The position numbers and the translations under genes are program-made. A stretch of DNA of 64,000 bases from Vitrella brassicaformis CCMP3155 (taxonomy: Eukaryota; Protista; Chromerida): positions 1 through 64,000 of the forward strand of contig CDMY01000226.1 of the NCBI GenBank assembly GCA_001179505.1, written 5' to 3'. Numbering within the stretch: position 1 is the stretch's first letter; each line of letters begins with the position of its first letter. This document shows positions 44,938-58,168 of the stretch, one piece after another. The notes under the pieces are model-generated. The model did not search any database and was not told where the DNA came from. It saw only the letters and a program-made list of their open reading frames with translations.

Positions 44938-47900
44938 ATGGGGAGATCTGCTCTCGCGTATGTGTTCCTGGTGGTGGTGCTGGCATGGTGCGGGTGTGGC
45001 GTCCATGCGCAGGGGTCATTCGAGCCTGACTTCGAGGTGTTGTCTTTTCTCCCCGACAACGAGGACCGCCGACTGACAGCCAAGCAAGCCATTGTTGTCG
45101 TCTTCAATCTGCCGGTATGCTATGCACGGTGTGGAGATTCCCATTCAGGTGTCCATGTCCACGTGTGTTGGTGTGTGTGTGTGTGCGTGTAGGTGATCCC
45201 GCTGGGTGCCGACTACATCACAGACGACTTCACATCACCGTTCAACATCACCGCCAACAACGCCCTCGGCAAGATACCGGGCACCACCTACTGGGTCACC
45301 ACATCCATCGCACGATTCGACCCGGCCGTCGACTGGCCGAGCGACCTCGAGGTCACCGTCAAGATCAACCGGGACCTCACTAGCGTCAGCGGCAAGGCGC
45401 TGGTCGACTCACCTGCATTTGATGAAGCATCGCTGGCAAGAGTCTACAAGACCGACACTCAAAGCCTGTCTGTTGGGGTGAGCCGACACATCACACCAAC
45501 CAATAAAGAGCTTGCATGACACCTCTCTCTCTGTTGTCTGTTGAACCTCTGCTCGATCAGACTGTGCGGTCCAATCGCACTCTGGAGCTGACTGGCGGGC
45601 TGTGGGCCTCCAATGTCGACAAGTGGATCGATGACGCAGACGAGGTCCCCCCGGACAGCGAGATTCGGGTGACTTTCACATCACCCGTCACCCTTAAGCA
45701 GCTGCAGACCCTCGACCCCTCCACCAACCAGTATCCCATCCGCATCGTCAATCGCAAGACCGCATCGGACATGCTGCCAGCCGACGCCTTCACCGTGGCC
45801 AAGTGCCGTCAGCGACCGACGATGCCCGTGGAGCCGCCGGGCGGGTGGCTCATGGCTGGCGGGGTCACTGCTGCAGAGGTGGAGAAACACGGGCTTAACG
45901 GGACCACCAAGTGTGTGGAGCTGCGGCTGAAGAGTGGGGAGGGATCCAGTGGTGTTTTGAAGAGCGGGGAGGTGTACGAGGTGGTGCTGCAGCCTGGCAA
46001 GGCCTACTCACCGCTGAGTGGACCATATACGAAGAGGAACGAGAGCGGGGGGAGCGACAAACCGGTCGGTCAGCACGGCCTGCACTGCATCCCACACACG
46101 CAAACCACCATTCATTAACCCCGTTGAGTCGTCGGTCGGTCTGTCCTTGTCTGTCTCTGCTGTCTGTCTTTGTGTGCGTTGGTCGACTGCTCAGCTAGTG
46201 ACGGGTCTCCGCCCGTTTCGCTTCCAAGCCCGCAGGCGCTCGGTGTCAGTAGGGTCTGATCGGCTCACACTGTGGGTGCGCCACGGCCTCCCGCCCGCCA
46301 TCACGGCAGACATCCTCGCCAAGCAGATCATTGTCACGCCAGCCGTCGGCGGGCTCAATGTCTCCCTCGACAATAACGCCACCGTCCGTCTCACCGGCGA
46401 GTTCATCCCCTCCACCTCCTACACGGTCGCCGTCGCAGCCAGCCGGAGCATCATCGACGGCTGGGGTCTGCCCCTCGAGAGCTCCAGCATCCCCTTCAAG
46501 ACGAGGGCCGGCTCAGAGATCGTCGAGATGGCGGATTCCTATGAGCCCCTGTTCTTTCCAGTGGTGCCGGGAGTCGACGGATCGGGTGACGATTTCACAT
46601 GGTCGGTCATCTATCGGCCACAGCACGGTGGGGGTGGCGATGCCCGTGCGGCGCCGACGGTCCGGTCTGCCGCGCTGTATCGCATCCCTGCTCAAGAGAG
46701 CGACATTGGTGCTTTCCTGATCAAGGCATTCAGGCCGTCGGACGCACCCACCACCGAGTAAGAGAACGGGGGCAGACCAGGCCACACACACTTTCCCATC
46801 ATCCCCTTGCTACGGTCTCATCTGTGTGTGTGTGTGTGTGTATGGTCGATCAGCTCGGGCTATCTGGCGGCAGACATCAGCGAGCTGTCCGAGTCGCTGT
46901 CCCCCGCCCCGGGCATGCCCCTTCTCGCCAACGCCACTCTGGCCCCAACCGCGCCCTCACTCTACGTCGCAGAACTCCGCTACGAAATGTGCCACACGGC
47001 CGGCAACGGGCAGAACTGCTACCCCCGCATAGAGTCCGCTCTGGTCAACCTGGCCACGGCCGCAGTGACGGTAGCGGTGTCCCAGAGGGACAAGAAGGGC
47101 ATGACGAGCAGGGTGACCGCCAGCGCATCGGGGCTGGCCGACGGGCTGCCCCTCGAGGGCGTCAGGATAACTGCATGGGAGCTGAGGACCAGGCGAGAGG
47201 GTAAGCGGAGACATACATGAGAAGAACAGGGGCCATGTGCACTCATTCATTCATCCTTCCATGTGTGTGTGTGTGTGTGTATGTGTGTGTATGGGTGCAG
47301 TCACTGCGGTGTCGTTGGGTTTCGGTCTGACTGAGGAGGATGGCGTGGCATCCTTCGACATCACCCCCCAGGAGCCCTGGAGCACCGTGGTGGTCGTGCT
47401 GCAGTCAGCCGATGACACGGATGCATCACAGCCGTCCTTCGCCGTCACTGGACCCATATCACGAGGCCACAGGCACTACCCCCAAGCTGCCGAGCAGAAC
47501 GCTGAGGATGCGGCGGAAGATGCCCTCTCCAGCAGCGACGTGCAGGCCACCTGGACCACAGACAGGTGAACACTCACTCACACCAGCAGCAGCACAGGCG
47601 TTGCACTCTCTCTCTCTCTCTCTGTGTCTGTGTCTGTGTCTCCCAGGGGCATCTACAAGCCGACCGACACGATAGCGATTCATGGTTTCGTGGCAGCGAC
47701 GGTTGAGAGGTGCGGCCGGGAGGTGACGACGGGCACAGGCTGCCCTCTTGGTGACGTCAATGAGAGCGCGGCTGAGTGGGTCGTGGCGATGGCCTGGAAG
47801 TGGGCTGAGAATACGTGTGATCTGGCTGTCGCGCCCATCGACAGGATCGGAGCCTTCAACCTCACCGTAGGCAGCAGCTTACCTCCACACACTGAGGACG

Positions 47901-50900
47901 CACAAACAACACGCGTCAAATCCTCGTTCTCTGTCTCCTGGATCATGATATCAATTAGGTGGAGGTGTCACCTGTTGCCACGTACGGCCCTCTCGCCACC
48001 CCTCAGCTGCTGGTCGGCCCCCCAGGCATCCTCCAGGGCGCTTCATGCACACAGGTCGGCGCCGACTGCCCCGTCGGCCAGTTCTGCGACCCCGTCATCA
48101 CCCCGCAGACCAAGGGGCCAAGCACCTTGCTCATCTCTGACCCCCGGCCGCCATCGGTCGTCATGACGGTCGATGTGGCGCCCGTCTGGGTGCCCAAGAC
48201 GCTGCTGAAGGTCGAGGGGAAGGTGGAGACCTACACTGGGGTGCCGCTGCAGCAGACGGCCGTGATGATCGAGGTCGACGTCAACCCCAAGGTCAAGATC
48301 AACGGCACCGACGGGACATTCTTTGCGTTCGTCAGTGAGACGCAGGAGACGCAGTGCTTCCCCGAGAAGAATCTCATGAAGATCACCAGCAACATCGTGA
48401 CCGACGGGAAGGGGGAGTTCGCCGTGGACCTGACGATTGATCCTAATGACGAGTATGGCCGCATCACGCTGTCGCTGCTGGACCAGCTGCGGATGAAGGT
48501 GACGACCCGCGGTGTCACCGGGGAGTTGATCGAGGAGACCGACAACATCGTGACGGCTTACATGGGATACTTCATCAAAGACATCAAGGTGGATCCCTCT
48601 CCCCCACTCCCCGGCCGTCCCTTCCGCCCAGCCGTCTCCACCGCCCCGCACCCGGACGTCACCCCCGCTACGCCACCGGCGGGCAGCAGCACCACCCTAT
48701 GGCTGTTTGAGGCCAAACACGACATCAAGCCAGACATCGAGCCATACCCCTGGTACCGGATGATGGACGACCGGCCCACGGTGCCTGCCGACTGCCGCGA
48801 GTACATTCGCTACGAGGATGGTGAGAACAGCCTCGTTTCGCCAGGCAAGATGGAGGCCACGAGCAACTTCACGCTCAAGAAGACGTGCAGCGATGTCGGT
48901 GGTGGTTTTGGTGCTGACGACGAGTGCGTGCTGACGATGGACACCTTGGCGCACTACCTGGTCGTGGCGCAGCTGGTGGTCCCCACCGTCTCATCGGCCG
49001 GCCACTTCGCCCAGTGCACCGTCATCGGCAGCACAGAGAAGGAGTGGCAGGAGTCGCCCCTCGACTCATGGAGCCCGAGCGACATCGCCGCCAAGTTCTC
49101 CAAGCCGTCCTACGCTCCCGATGAGGACATACAGCTGTCGTTCCGCAACCCGTTCGCGTCAGCAGCCAGCGCCATCCTGTTCTGGGGCATGGGCAAGTGG
49201 AAGCGCGTGGCCGACATCGGTGCAGACGAGCTGGCGACCGTCACGATAGGTCCCATGGGAGCCGACTGCCTCGAGACGTGTGACGTGGCCATCGTGCTTG
49301 CCGCCCCCATCACAAGCGACATTCAGCTGGACCCCTCGCCGCCCACGGCTGTGCTGCTACCTTCCTGGGGCCCGCAGTACGTCAAGACGACTGTTTCTGT
49401 GAAGATTGAAGGGGCCAACAATGAGCTGGCGGGGGTGAATGTGACTCTGGATCGGGAGAGCTATTCCCCCGGGCAGGAGGTGACGGTTGACATCAGTGCC
49501 GAGATGAAGGGTGAGGGCTCTGCTGCCGATGGGGTGGTTGGCGTGCTGGTGGTGGATAAGGCGCTGCTGGACATCCACCCCCACCCCCTGATGAAGCCCT
49601 CTGAGGGCTTCGTGCCGAGCAAGGCGGACCCTTTGTCAACAGTGTACGCGTCGTATAAGGGGCTGGTGTCTCGCCAGGCCTACAACACGGGACGAGACAT
49701 CCTCATGCGACGAATGGCCATGGTGAGTGAAAGGGTCGGTGGGGCCACACACTCAGACAGACTCACCACCACACTACACCAAGCTCTCTCTCTCTCTCTC
49801 TCTCTGTCTGTGCGTGTCTGTGTCTGTGTTTGCGTGTGACCAGAGCCCCTGGATCGAGCCCAGCTGGCCCTCCCGGCCGGACGTCTCCGACTTGGACAAG
49901 ACAGACGACGAGTACCTGGATAGATTCCTCGCTCAGCTCACCAATTTCCCCTCTGACTTCCTCTATCCCACCCCAACATCCTTCTACCAGCCACGCACCG
50001 AGAGGGCAGCACACTGGAAGGCCCGAATGGGCGGAGGGGGGCCGGTCAACGGCGTTGAGCCCGTCGCGTACGCGGCGCCGCCCAGTGGTTTTGCTCCTAC
50101 TTCTGTGTCACGGGAAGCGGACGATGGAGGCGCAGGCGCGTCCGAGGAGATTCTGGCGTCTGCAGTGGGGGCGGCCAAGACCATTCGAGAGGAGTTTGCC
50201 ACGCTGGTGGCTTTCAAGGTGGCCCCGTTGGATGGCCTGAGGGGACAGGTGCGGTTCAAGCTCCCCGACAACACTGGTAGGCTGGCTGCATGACACACAC
50301 TCATGGACCATGCATTCATAGGTTGATTGATTGCTGTCTGTGGGTGGGTGGGCTGGATTGGTCATGTCAGGCACGTTCGTGGTGCGGACCTTTGTGGTTG
50401 GCAGCAGGATGGGCCCTGACGACAAGCATGAGCTGCAGTGGGGCTCCCAGGAGACCGAGCTGCAGAGCGCCATCGCGGTCAGTTTGCGTGTGAACATGGA
50501 GGAGGAATGTGGCTGCCATGGCACCCACCCACCCACCCATCCGTGTTTTCGTGTGTGGTGTGTATGCAGGTGTCTCTGAAGCCGTACCTTCCCCGCTTCA
50601 TGCGTGTGGGCGACATGGCCAGCTTCGGAGCCGTCCTCACTGTCGATCCACAACAGGTATGTATGACGCACAGATACATACCAGACATACGTGTGTTGTG
50701 TGAGCGCATCCATCCATCCATCCGTCCATCCGTCCATTCGTTAGGTTGACGTGGGCTACGACGTCCGCCTGGAGGGTGTGGAGGGCATCACATTCCTCGG
50801 CACCGAGGAGGACAAACTGAACAGACTGAGGGTGAGGGCATTGCAATGAACAACACCTCACCCCCCCGGCGTCACACAGCAAACAAACAACACAATCATT

Positions 50901-53353
50901 TGATTGCCGTTTTTGCTCTTTCAGCCCACCCGCAGCACCACTCGTGTGACATGGCGCTTCAAAGCCGAGGCCCTCGGCACCGCACGCGTCACCATGAGCG
51001 TCAGGCACATCCAGACAAACCAGCTCCTGGACCAGGTCGAGGACACGTTCGAGGTCCTCCCACCCCAGCAGAAAATCACCATGGGCACCACAATCGCCAT
51101 CTCGCCTGCCGCATTCAACGAAGAGGGGCGCAACGTGCTCATCGAGGAAGGCCTCAGCCTGCCCGACCTGCTGGCCGGAGTGGGCGGGGTCAATGTCACC
51201 GCGTCGGTGGGGCACTCCGGGGCCATTCTCAGCGTGACCAACACGCTGAGCAGCGGGGCGTTTGGGGGCGGCAAGGACAAAGACATTGAGCCGTATGGCG
51301 GTGCGCTGCTGGCTGTGGTGTTCAATCGGTGGATGCTGCGGTCGCAGTACGGTGTGAGTGAGGGCATGGAGGGCATCGACGCAGCCATGGACATCGTCAC
51401 GGAAAAGATTGAGGAGTACATCTCGCCTAAAAACAGAAAACTTGGCTTCCTGCCGCGGCCATGGTGAGTGGTGTGGGTCGGGCAGACAGACACACAGACA
51501 GAACGAGCAAAAGGCGTACACTCACTCTTCGTGGTTGATGCACGTGTGCATGTGTGTGTGTTCAGGTCGACATACACGCAATGGTCCCGCCCCTATGCAT
51601 CCCTGAACCTGCAGCTGACGGCAACGGCCATCCTCGTCGGTCAGGAAGCCGAGTTCGCCCCCCTGGTTGAGCGGGAGAGTCTCTTCAAGGACCGCATCAA
51701 GGACAAGCTGAGGGTGGGTAATCACATGACATGAAACACTGGCAGGCACAGTGAGTGGCACTGCACTGATGGCATCCGTCCGTCGTGTCTGTCTCCCGCT
51801 GTGTGTGACCGACCATGTGTGCAGAAAGAGGTGTATGAGTGGCAGGAGGCCAAGAGGAAATCTGGTTCCAGGTCGACGTTCATCGAGTGGGTCGGCGTCT
51901 CCACCGTGGCGCTCCTCCGCTACGTGCTCGGGTCGACCTATGACTTCAACCTGCCACCGGGTGTGGACGGCGCTGACCTCTCCTTCAAGACGCTCCTGAC
52001 TCAAGTGGCCAAGGAGGAGTACGCCTTCACATCTGCGCGATACTGGGTAGGCGGGGCGGGCTTGGCTGGTGGGCTGGCTGGCTGCACGCACCGATCCATC
52101 CACGAGTGGGTTTGTTACCTACCGGCCGTCTGTCTCTGTGTGATGTGCATGCATTAATGTGTCTGACAGGCTGTGTTGACTCAGCTGAAGGAGGGCCTGA
52201 CGAGCTCCCTGGCCGCCCCCACAATGGCGGCCGCCCGCGACAACTTCCGCATCCAGGGCCCCACAGGCTATGTCGCCAACAGCAAGGGCGGCGACTACCC
52301 TGCCAGCGACATCGAACAGGTGCGTAGTCAGCCCACCAATCCATCATTCCCATGCACATACTTGTCTGTCTGATTGGGTGTCTCCCCTTGGTTCATTGCT
52401 GTCAGGGTTTGGTGCTGCTGCTGTGGAGCTATGACAAGGAGTTTGCCACGCATCAGTTCGCTGCCCGCGTGGGTCTGTTTCTCGCGCAGGGCGGGTCGTC
52501 GGGCCTCTCGCCATGGACCAGGGGGCTGTCGCCGTTCGCCGCCATTTGGGGGGCCAAGGGCATGCGGCGACTCGACGGAGCCACCCAATCCGCCGACCCT
52601 AACCTGACACTTGAGGTGGGGAGAAGCCACAAGAGACATCCATCCTCCCTTGGCTGTCTGATCCGACCGTTTGTTTACGGATGTTTGGGTGGAATTTGAT
52701 GTAGGTTTCTTCCGGTGCAGCGTCCCTTATAAACACCACTTTCACCAAGGCCGCCCCCGGCCCTGTCTCAGACACTCTGCCATGGACGAGCGAGCAGCTT
52801 GACCTCACCGGCCAGCCGCCCAAGATCACCTTCGACGCCGCCGGCACCGGCTCCGTCTTCACCTCTCTCTCCATCGACTTCGTGGCCGCCTCACCGGCGT
52901 CCTACCCCACTTACAAGGGCATCCTCGTACAGAAGCGGCTGCTCCGCCACGACAGCGTCAAGGGCTGCACGGGGGAGCATATCAACGCCACAACCAGCGG
53001 GCAGGTCGTGTGTGTGGTCGCGTCTGTGACCGTCAAGGACTACATGAATGACGTCGAGATCGCCGACGAGCTGCCCGCCGGGCTGGAGGCTTTCGACCCC
53101 CATCTGAAGGGCGATGGCGGCCCGCCCGGCGTGATGCCTTTGCCCCGCCGCAGTGGGGGAGGGGCGGTGGATGGCAGCTTCTGGAGCTCGCTGTTCAGCT
53201 ATCGGTGGTTCCCCATGTGTTCACAGCAGACGATGCGGTCGAGGGTGCTCTTCTCGTGCAGCGCCCTGCACCCCGGCGAACACACATTCACATATCAAGC
53301 ACTGGTGCGTGTGCCTCCATCCGTGTGGTGTTGTTGGTTGCTGTTGTATGTCA

Positions 53354-53387
<34 letters not shown>

Positions 53388-54379
53388 TGGCATAGGCGAA
53401 TGTCGAGGGTCTGTATGTGCTGCCGCCGATCCACTCGTTCGTGAGCTCTGCCCGTGAGGTCATGGGGCTGTCGGCCGCCAGCTACATGGCCGTCCAGTCA
53501 GACAGCGACACACCGGAGACCGACTACACTGACATGCTGCTACCTATCCAGGTGACCCACCAACACACATACACAACACACATACCCACGGGCACATTCA
53601 CTCTGTGTTTGTGTGTGTGCGCGCAGGTGTCTGGTCGGTCGTTTGTGTTGGCCCCCCAGTCGTGTCCGGAGTGCCCTGTGGGTAGTTCCGGGTGTGACGT
53701 GTCCCGCGGGGTGTGTCTGTGCATGGACGTAGCTCACGGGAGGGAGGTTGACTGCGATTCACTCGACGTGCAGGTGAGATGATAGATAGAACGGGAGGGC
53801 CCTAGATAACTACTGGGTAGTTTGCTACGCAGCAGGCAGGGAGGGTAGTCCATGGAAGAGAGTGCTGTGGTCTGTGTGGTCCGATTATGCCGCTGTGGTG
53901 TGGCTGGCTCAGTAGTGAGTTGTGTACATATATATGTACGTGTGTATGTCCGTGTGTGTGTGTGTGTGTGTGTGTGGCGACCGACAAGAAGACACGTGTA
54001 TGTTTGTTGAGCCGGCCAGTCCCTGAAGAAATGATTGGTCTCTCTCCTGTCAATCTCTCCCTCTCCTTGCTTGCTGCAGTCACCTGTGGACCCCACGGCA
54101 AATGGCAGCGAGCCTCCCACCTTCCTTACCAGCTCTACCGGCTCAACGGTACACAGACAGCCACACAATCGCAGCCCCCTCACCACCCGTCTGTCTATCT
54201 GTGTGTTGTGTTGTGCACACATCCATGGCGGTCAGGGTCCCACTCTAGCGCGAGCGGAGAAATCCGGCGGGGGCACCACCTCGGGGGCGTCATCAGGGTG
54301 GACTCCGTCGAGGACCGTCCTGCTCTTCTCACTCGTGTGGCTCCTGCAGGGGGGATGGGCTGCACGGCGGGACGAATGA
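44938..54379 (+). CDS. Large secreted bacterial-type alpha-2-macroglobulin family protein (~20 introns), thioester-less, with a hydrophobic C-terminal tail
   Basis: Signal peptide; Ig-like AIVVVFNLP and GEFIPSTSYTVAV..DGWGLPL; MG2 GIYKPTDTIAIHGFV; VTLDRESYSPGQEVTVDI; GVLVVDKALL; TIREEFATL; VRFKLPDNTG|TFVVRTFV; LKPYLPRFMRVGD; EPYGGALL; GQVVCVVASV..IADELPAGLEAFDP; LHPGEHTFTYQAL|ANVEGLYVLPP. These motifs occur in the order of bacterial A2M proteins. Confidence 0.88.
46804..46857 (+). repeat. Intron 3' segment shared with 56008-56059, copy A (in A2M intron 46758-46853)
   Basis: CCCTTGCTACGGTCTCATC(TG)nTATGGTCGATCAG|CTCG. Confidence 0.85.
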
Positions 54380-55880
54380 GGCCAGGCGGCTGGTGGGGCG
54401 GGAGACAGACACGTGACGTACGCGGTGATCTGATCAATCGTCGTTTTTTCCCGTCTTTTTCTGAATCGATGGATGAAGGGGTCAGGTGGGGTGGCTGACT
54501 GACCTGCGTGGTGGCTGGGCTGCAAGCCGTCGCTGGATGGATGGATGTGTAATGTACATAACTAACCTACACACATACGTACGGTTACACTGGTCTGTCT
54601 CCCGTGCTGTGTGCGGGTTCGCGCACCTGTGTTTGTTGAATAGCCTTCCCTCCCTCCCTCCCTCCCTCACTCACTCACTCCCAGACAGACAGACAGACAG
54701 ACACAAGCAATCCAGTTTGTGTGACTGAGTCACACACGTTCTTTCGTGGTTTGTTTATTTTCCTCTTTCCCTGTCAAATCAAGTCAAGCCAAGTCTATCG
54801 GAAGGAAGAAGGACCAAAAGAGACCCAAGAGATGAGAAGAGAAGATCGAAAGTATCTTTCTTGATGTTTTTTGATGCGCCGTTCGTTCATTCGTTCGTTC
54901 ATGGTGTGGTGTGTGTATTTGTTTGTTGGCGCGCGTGGGTGTGGGGTGGAGGGGGGGGGGAGGCGACGGACCGAGGAAGCAAGTAGGTGGGCGGAGGGGG
55001 CGTGGGAGTAGCCCGAGGCAGCAACGATCGACGCCACAGACCGATAGAGAGACACGCAGAGAGAGAGGGGGAGCTAGTTGCTCAGGCAGACTAGGTGCGC
55101 CGGTGTGTGTTGTGTGTGTCCGTGTGTGTGGCCGCGTGTGTGTCCGTGTGTGTGTGTGTGTTGGGCTGCCTGTCGCATCGTCGTCTCTCCCTCTGTGTTA
55201 ACACAGACAGACAGACAGTCTGATGCTTTGCTGTGGTGTGTGTGGCCTACAAAGCGGCCAGGCCCTCTCACCGGAGCTCTGATCAATGATCTGTCAGTCT
55301 GTCTGTCTGTCTGTCTGTTGCGACGAGGGAGAGAGGACTCTTTTGGTGGATTTCGACCGTAGTGCGTTGAATGCGTGGCAGTCCAAGTAATATGTGTGTG
55401 TGTTGTTCCCAGTACTTACTGACTGACACCGCTTACCTAACAGAGACACCAACCACCCCCACACCAAGGACGGGACGAGACACACAAACGGATGTCGAGC
55501 TTCTGAAGCTGAATCAAGCGGCCAACGAATACGAAATGAATGACACGCGCATACAGAAACATTCGTCCTGGTCGACTTTGTGCGCAGCTTAAGAAACAAG
55601 GAACGATCCGCATGCATGCCATCGGGGGGGGCGTGGGGGCCAACACGAAGGGTTCAAGTTGAAGTTCGGGACTCCGAAGCTTGCTGAGCGTGGCACGCTC
55701 TTACGAAACAAAGTGTATATCCGTCCGTTTGTCCGTAATTGGGGCCAAGCCAGCACTTCCTTCGGTTCCCTGGGTCGCGCGAGCTTGGCGGCTTTGCATG
55801 CATTGCGAAACGCACGGGCGAACGCGTAGCGAGTCCCGCCAGCCCGACGGAGGAGGGAAATTTCATTGAAGTGAGGGGCG

Positions 55881-58168
55881 ATGACGTCGGCAGCCAGCAC
55901 ACCAGGCCGCCGACCGAGTGCCGAGGACAGGCCGCTACTGGAGGGCTTGTACGGCTTCCAAGGGGAGCCGCACCTCGTCTCACTTACCAAGGACGAGGTG
56001 CGGCTCACCCTTGCTACGGTCTCATCTGTGTGTGTGTGTGTGTATGGTCGTTCAGCTCGTCCTCTCGCTACCGGGAGCAAGCAAGATTTCTCCCAACACC
56101 CCTGCCCGCGACGATGCATCGTGAGCACCACAGCGAGGGCACTGCCAGGACCAAGGCTCGGATTGCGTCAGACTATCCTTGGATCGACTTCATTCAGGTC
56201 ACCTGTTTCAGCCGGAGAAGGGGCAACAGTGGTGCGGCGCGTGGCGACGTCGACGTTCCTGCGAGCATTTGTCCGCACGCCAGCCCTCGCCGGGACCGTC
56301 CCGCCGTCCATCGAGTTTCAAACAAACGCAGGCGAGACGTAAGTGCATGCAGCGCCGTGTGCATGATCATGATGAGCGTCTGTACACAACACTTGGGCGA
56401 CCGAAGGTCTGGTCTGTGTGTGTCGCTTGCCTGGCATTGCCTGCAGCATTGTGCTTCGGATGACTTACCTACTCGAAGGTGGCAATATTGATCCGGTTGA
56501 GATGCGAATCGCGGTTGTCACAGCCAAGAAAGCCATACGCGCGCTCGGTCACGTCACCGTAAGAAAGCTTAGGAGCATCGTCAACGCAACGGCACACACA
56601 CGCCCCAGGCAGAGAGTCCATGCACCTGCCCTGTTGTTTTGTTGCCTGTCTGTCCATCGATCCTGCAGCTGAGCGAGCTGAGGACAGACGCCCCCGAAGC
56701 TGAGATGAAGACCCTTGTGGCGACCCCCCTCTCCCCCAAGACACCAGCAAGCGAAATGATCGTCGGCAGGGTCAAGACCAAGACGACACTCTTTCGGATT
56801 CAGAAGGAGAGCCAGCCGACATTAGCGTCGCCGACGAAAGCCAAGTCGGCGCCGGCCAGCCCTCGCCCGGGACCATTAGAGGCGGTGACTCATCTGGCGG
56901 AGTGCTGGGGCACGGTGGTCGACGGGCCTGTGGACAGACTGGAGGGCAAGGGGGATCCGCAGCTGGGGGGGCTGCTGTGTCTCACGCTGCAGCAGGACAG
57001 GCTCCAGGTAGGTACGTGTCATTTACTATGCGAGCAAGCAGAGGAAACCGAGGGCAGCATTTCGCAGGACCTTCATTGTGTTGTCTGTCTGTCTGCCGTG
57101 TCTATCATCATTTGTATTAGCTTCATACTGATTCGCCATCCATGTCAGCATCTGGCGAGCGCAGCGGCCCTCGCTGTGTCACTTCCGTACTAAAGCAGCC
57201 GGGAGAATCGTCCCTCCTAAGCAACGAGTAACCTTTGCCATCCCTGGAGGTGTGGAGGCTCAGGAAGTTGTTGAACAACAGGACCAAGACGCCGAGAAAG
57301 GGGCCCGATTAAGGCCGCTGGCCCCTCCGCCCGAGCTGTTATGGGAGGAGCCATGTGTCAACATATTGGCGATACAGCTGAAGAGGACCCTGAGGGACGA
57401 GACATTCCCTACCATGACGTTCCTCTGTGCAGACGGGGTAGGGTACGGGCATTGCATGCGAGAAACACGCTGCATGTACCTCATTCGTGTGTGCGTGTGT
57501 GTGTGTGTGTGTGTTGTCAGGTTGCTGTTGCGCTCAAGTTTGAGGTGCACAAGGCGCCTGAGACTCGGCGGTCGACCACCACTCCAAGCAGCGACTTCAC
57601 AACCGTCCTGGGCAAGTGGAAGACGGGGCTGAAGAGGTGCAACATCCAAGTAGATGAGCAGCGCGAGATGCGACACACACCGGGGCTCACAGCTTTCCGC
57701 CCCGAGGCACCGCTGTCACCCCCCCGCTCCACAGAGTCACTGACGCCTTTGCTCTCGCCGACCTCTCCAGTGAGTCAGTCACCATCCGCGTCTTCTCCCG
57801 CAGTCGCCTCATCTCCCGAACTTCAAGCTCTGGTGCCTTCCCCGAAGGCCAAGCGCAAGGCTAAGAAGAAGAAAAGGCCGCCGCCCCCGAAAGCTGCGGG
57901 AAAAACCGTCACGCAGCAGGTTAAGACTGTCCCACCCAAGGCAGTGGAAGAGGTGTCTCTGGGTGAGCCGGAGCCATTGCCGAAGAAGAAGGAGAGGGTT
58001 TCGGTGGGATCTGAGAGGGCCCTCACTGGCCAACACGACAAACAGGATTCGGTAGAGACGGCAAACACGACGCCGAAAGGAGAAGACAGGAAGGGAAGGA
58101 GCTGGAGCTGCTGCCTGAAGGGGTGCCTTCTCTGTCTTCCCTCTTTGAGGCTCTTTCCGACAAGATAA
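55881..58168 (+). CDS. Hypothetical multi-exon protein with Ser/Pro/Lys-rich regions and a Cys cluster near the C-terminus
   Basis: Exons ..HLVSLTKDE|LVLSLPG..DDAS|LSLDRLHSG.., LSELRTDAP.., VAVALKFEVHK..WSCCLKGCLLCLPSLRLFPTR*. Start and one junction are uncertain. Confidence 0.5.
56008..56059 (+). repeat. Intron 3' segment shared with 46804-46857, copy B (in intron 55998-56055)
   Basis: CCCTTGCTACGGTCTCATC(TG)nTATGGTCGTTCAG|CTCG. Confidence 0.85.

Noticed and set aside
4368-56351. TGCATGCA (ApiAP2/Rbfox-like) motif at 4368, 52146, 55795 and 56344
   Set aside because: Few copies, mostly intronic or intergenic, in a TG/CA-rich background. Enrichment cannot be shown by eye.
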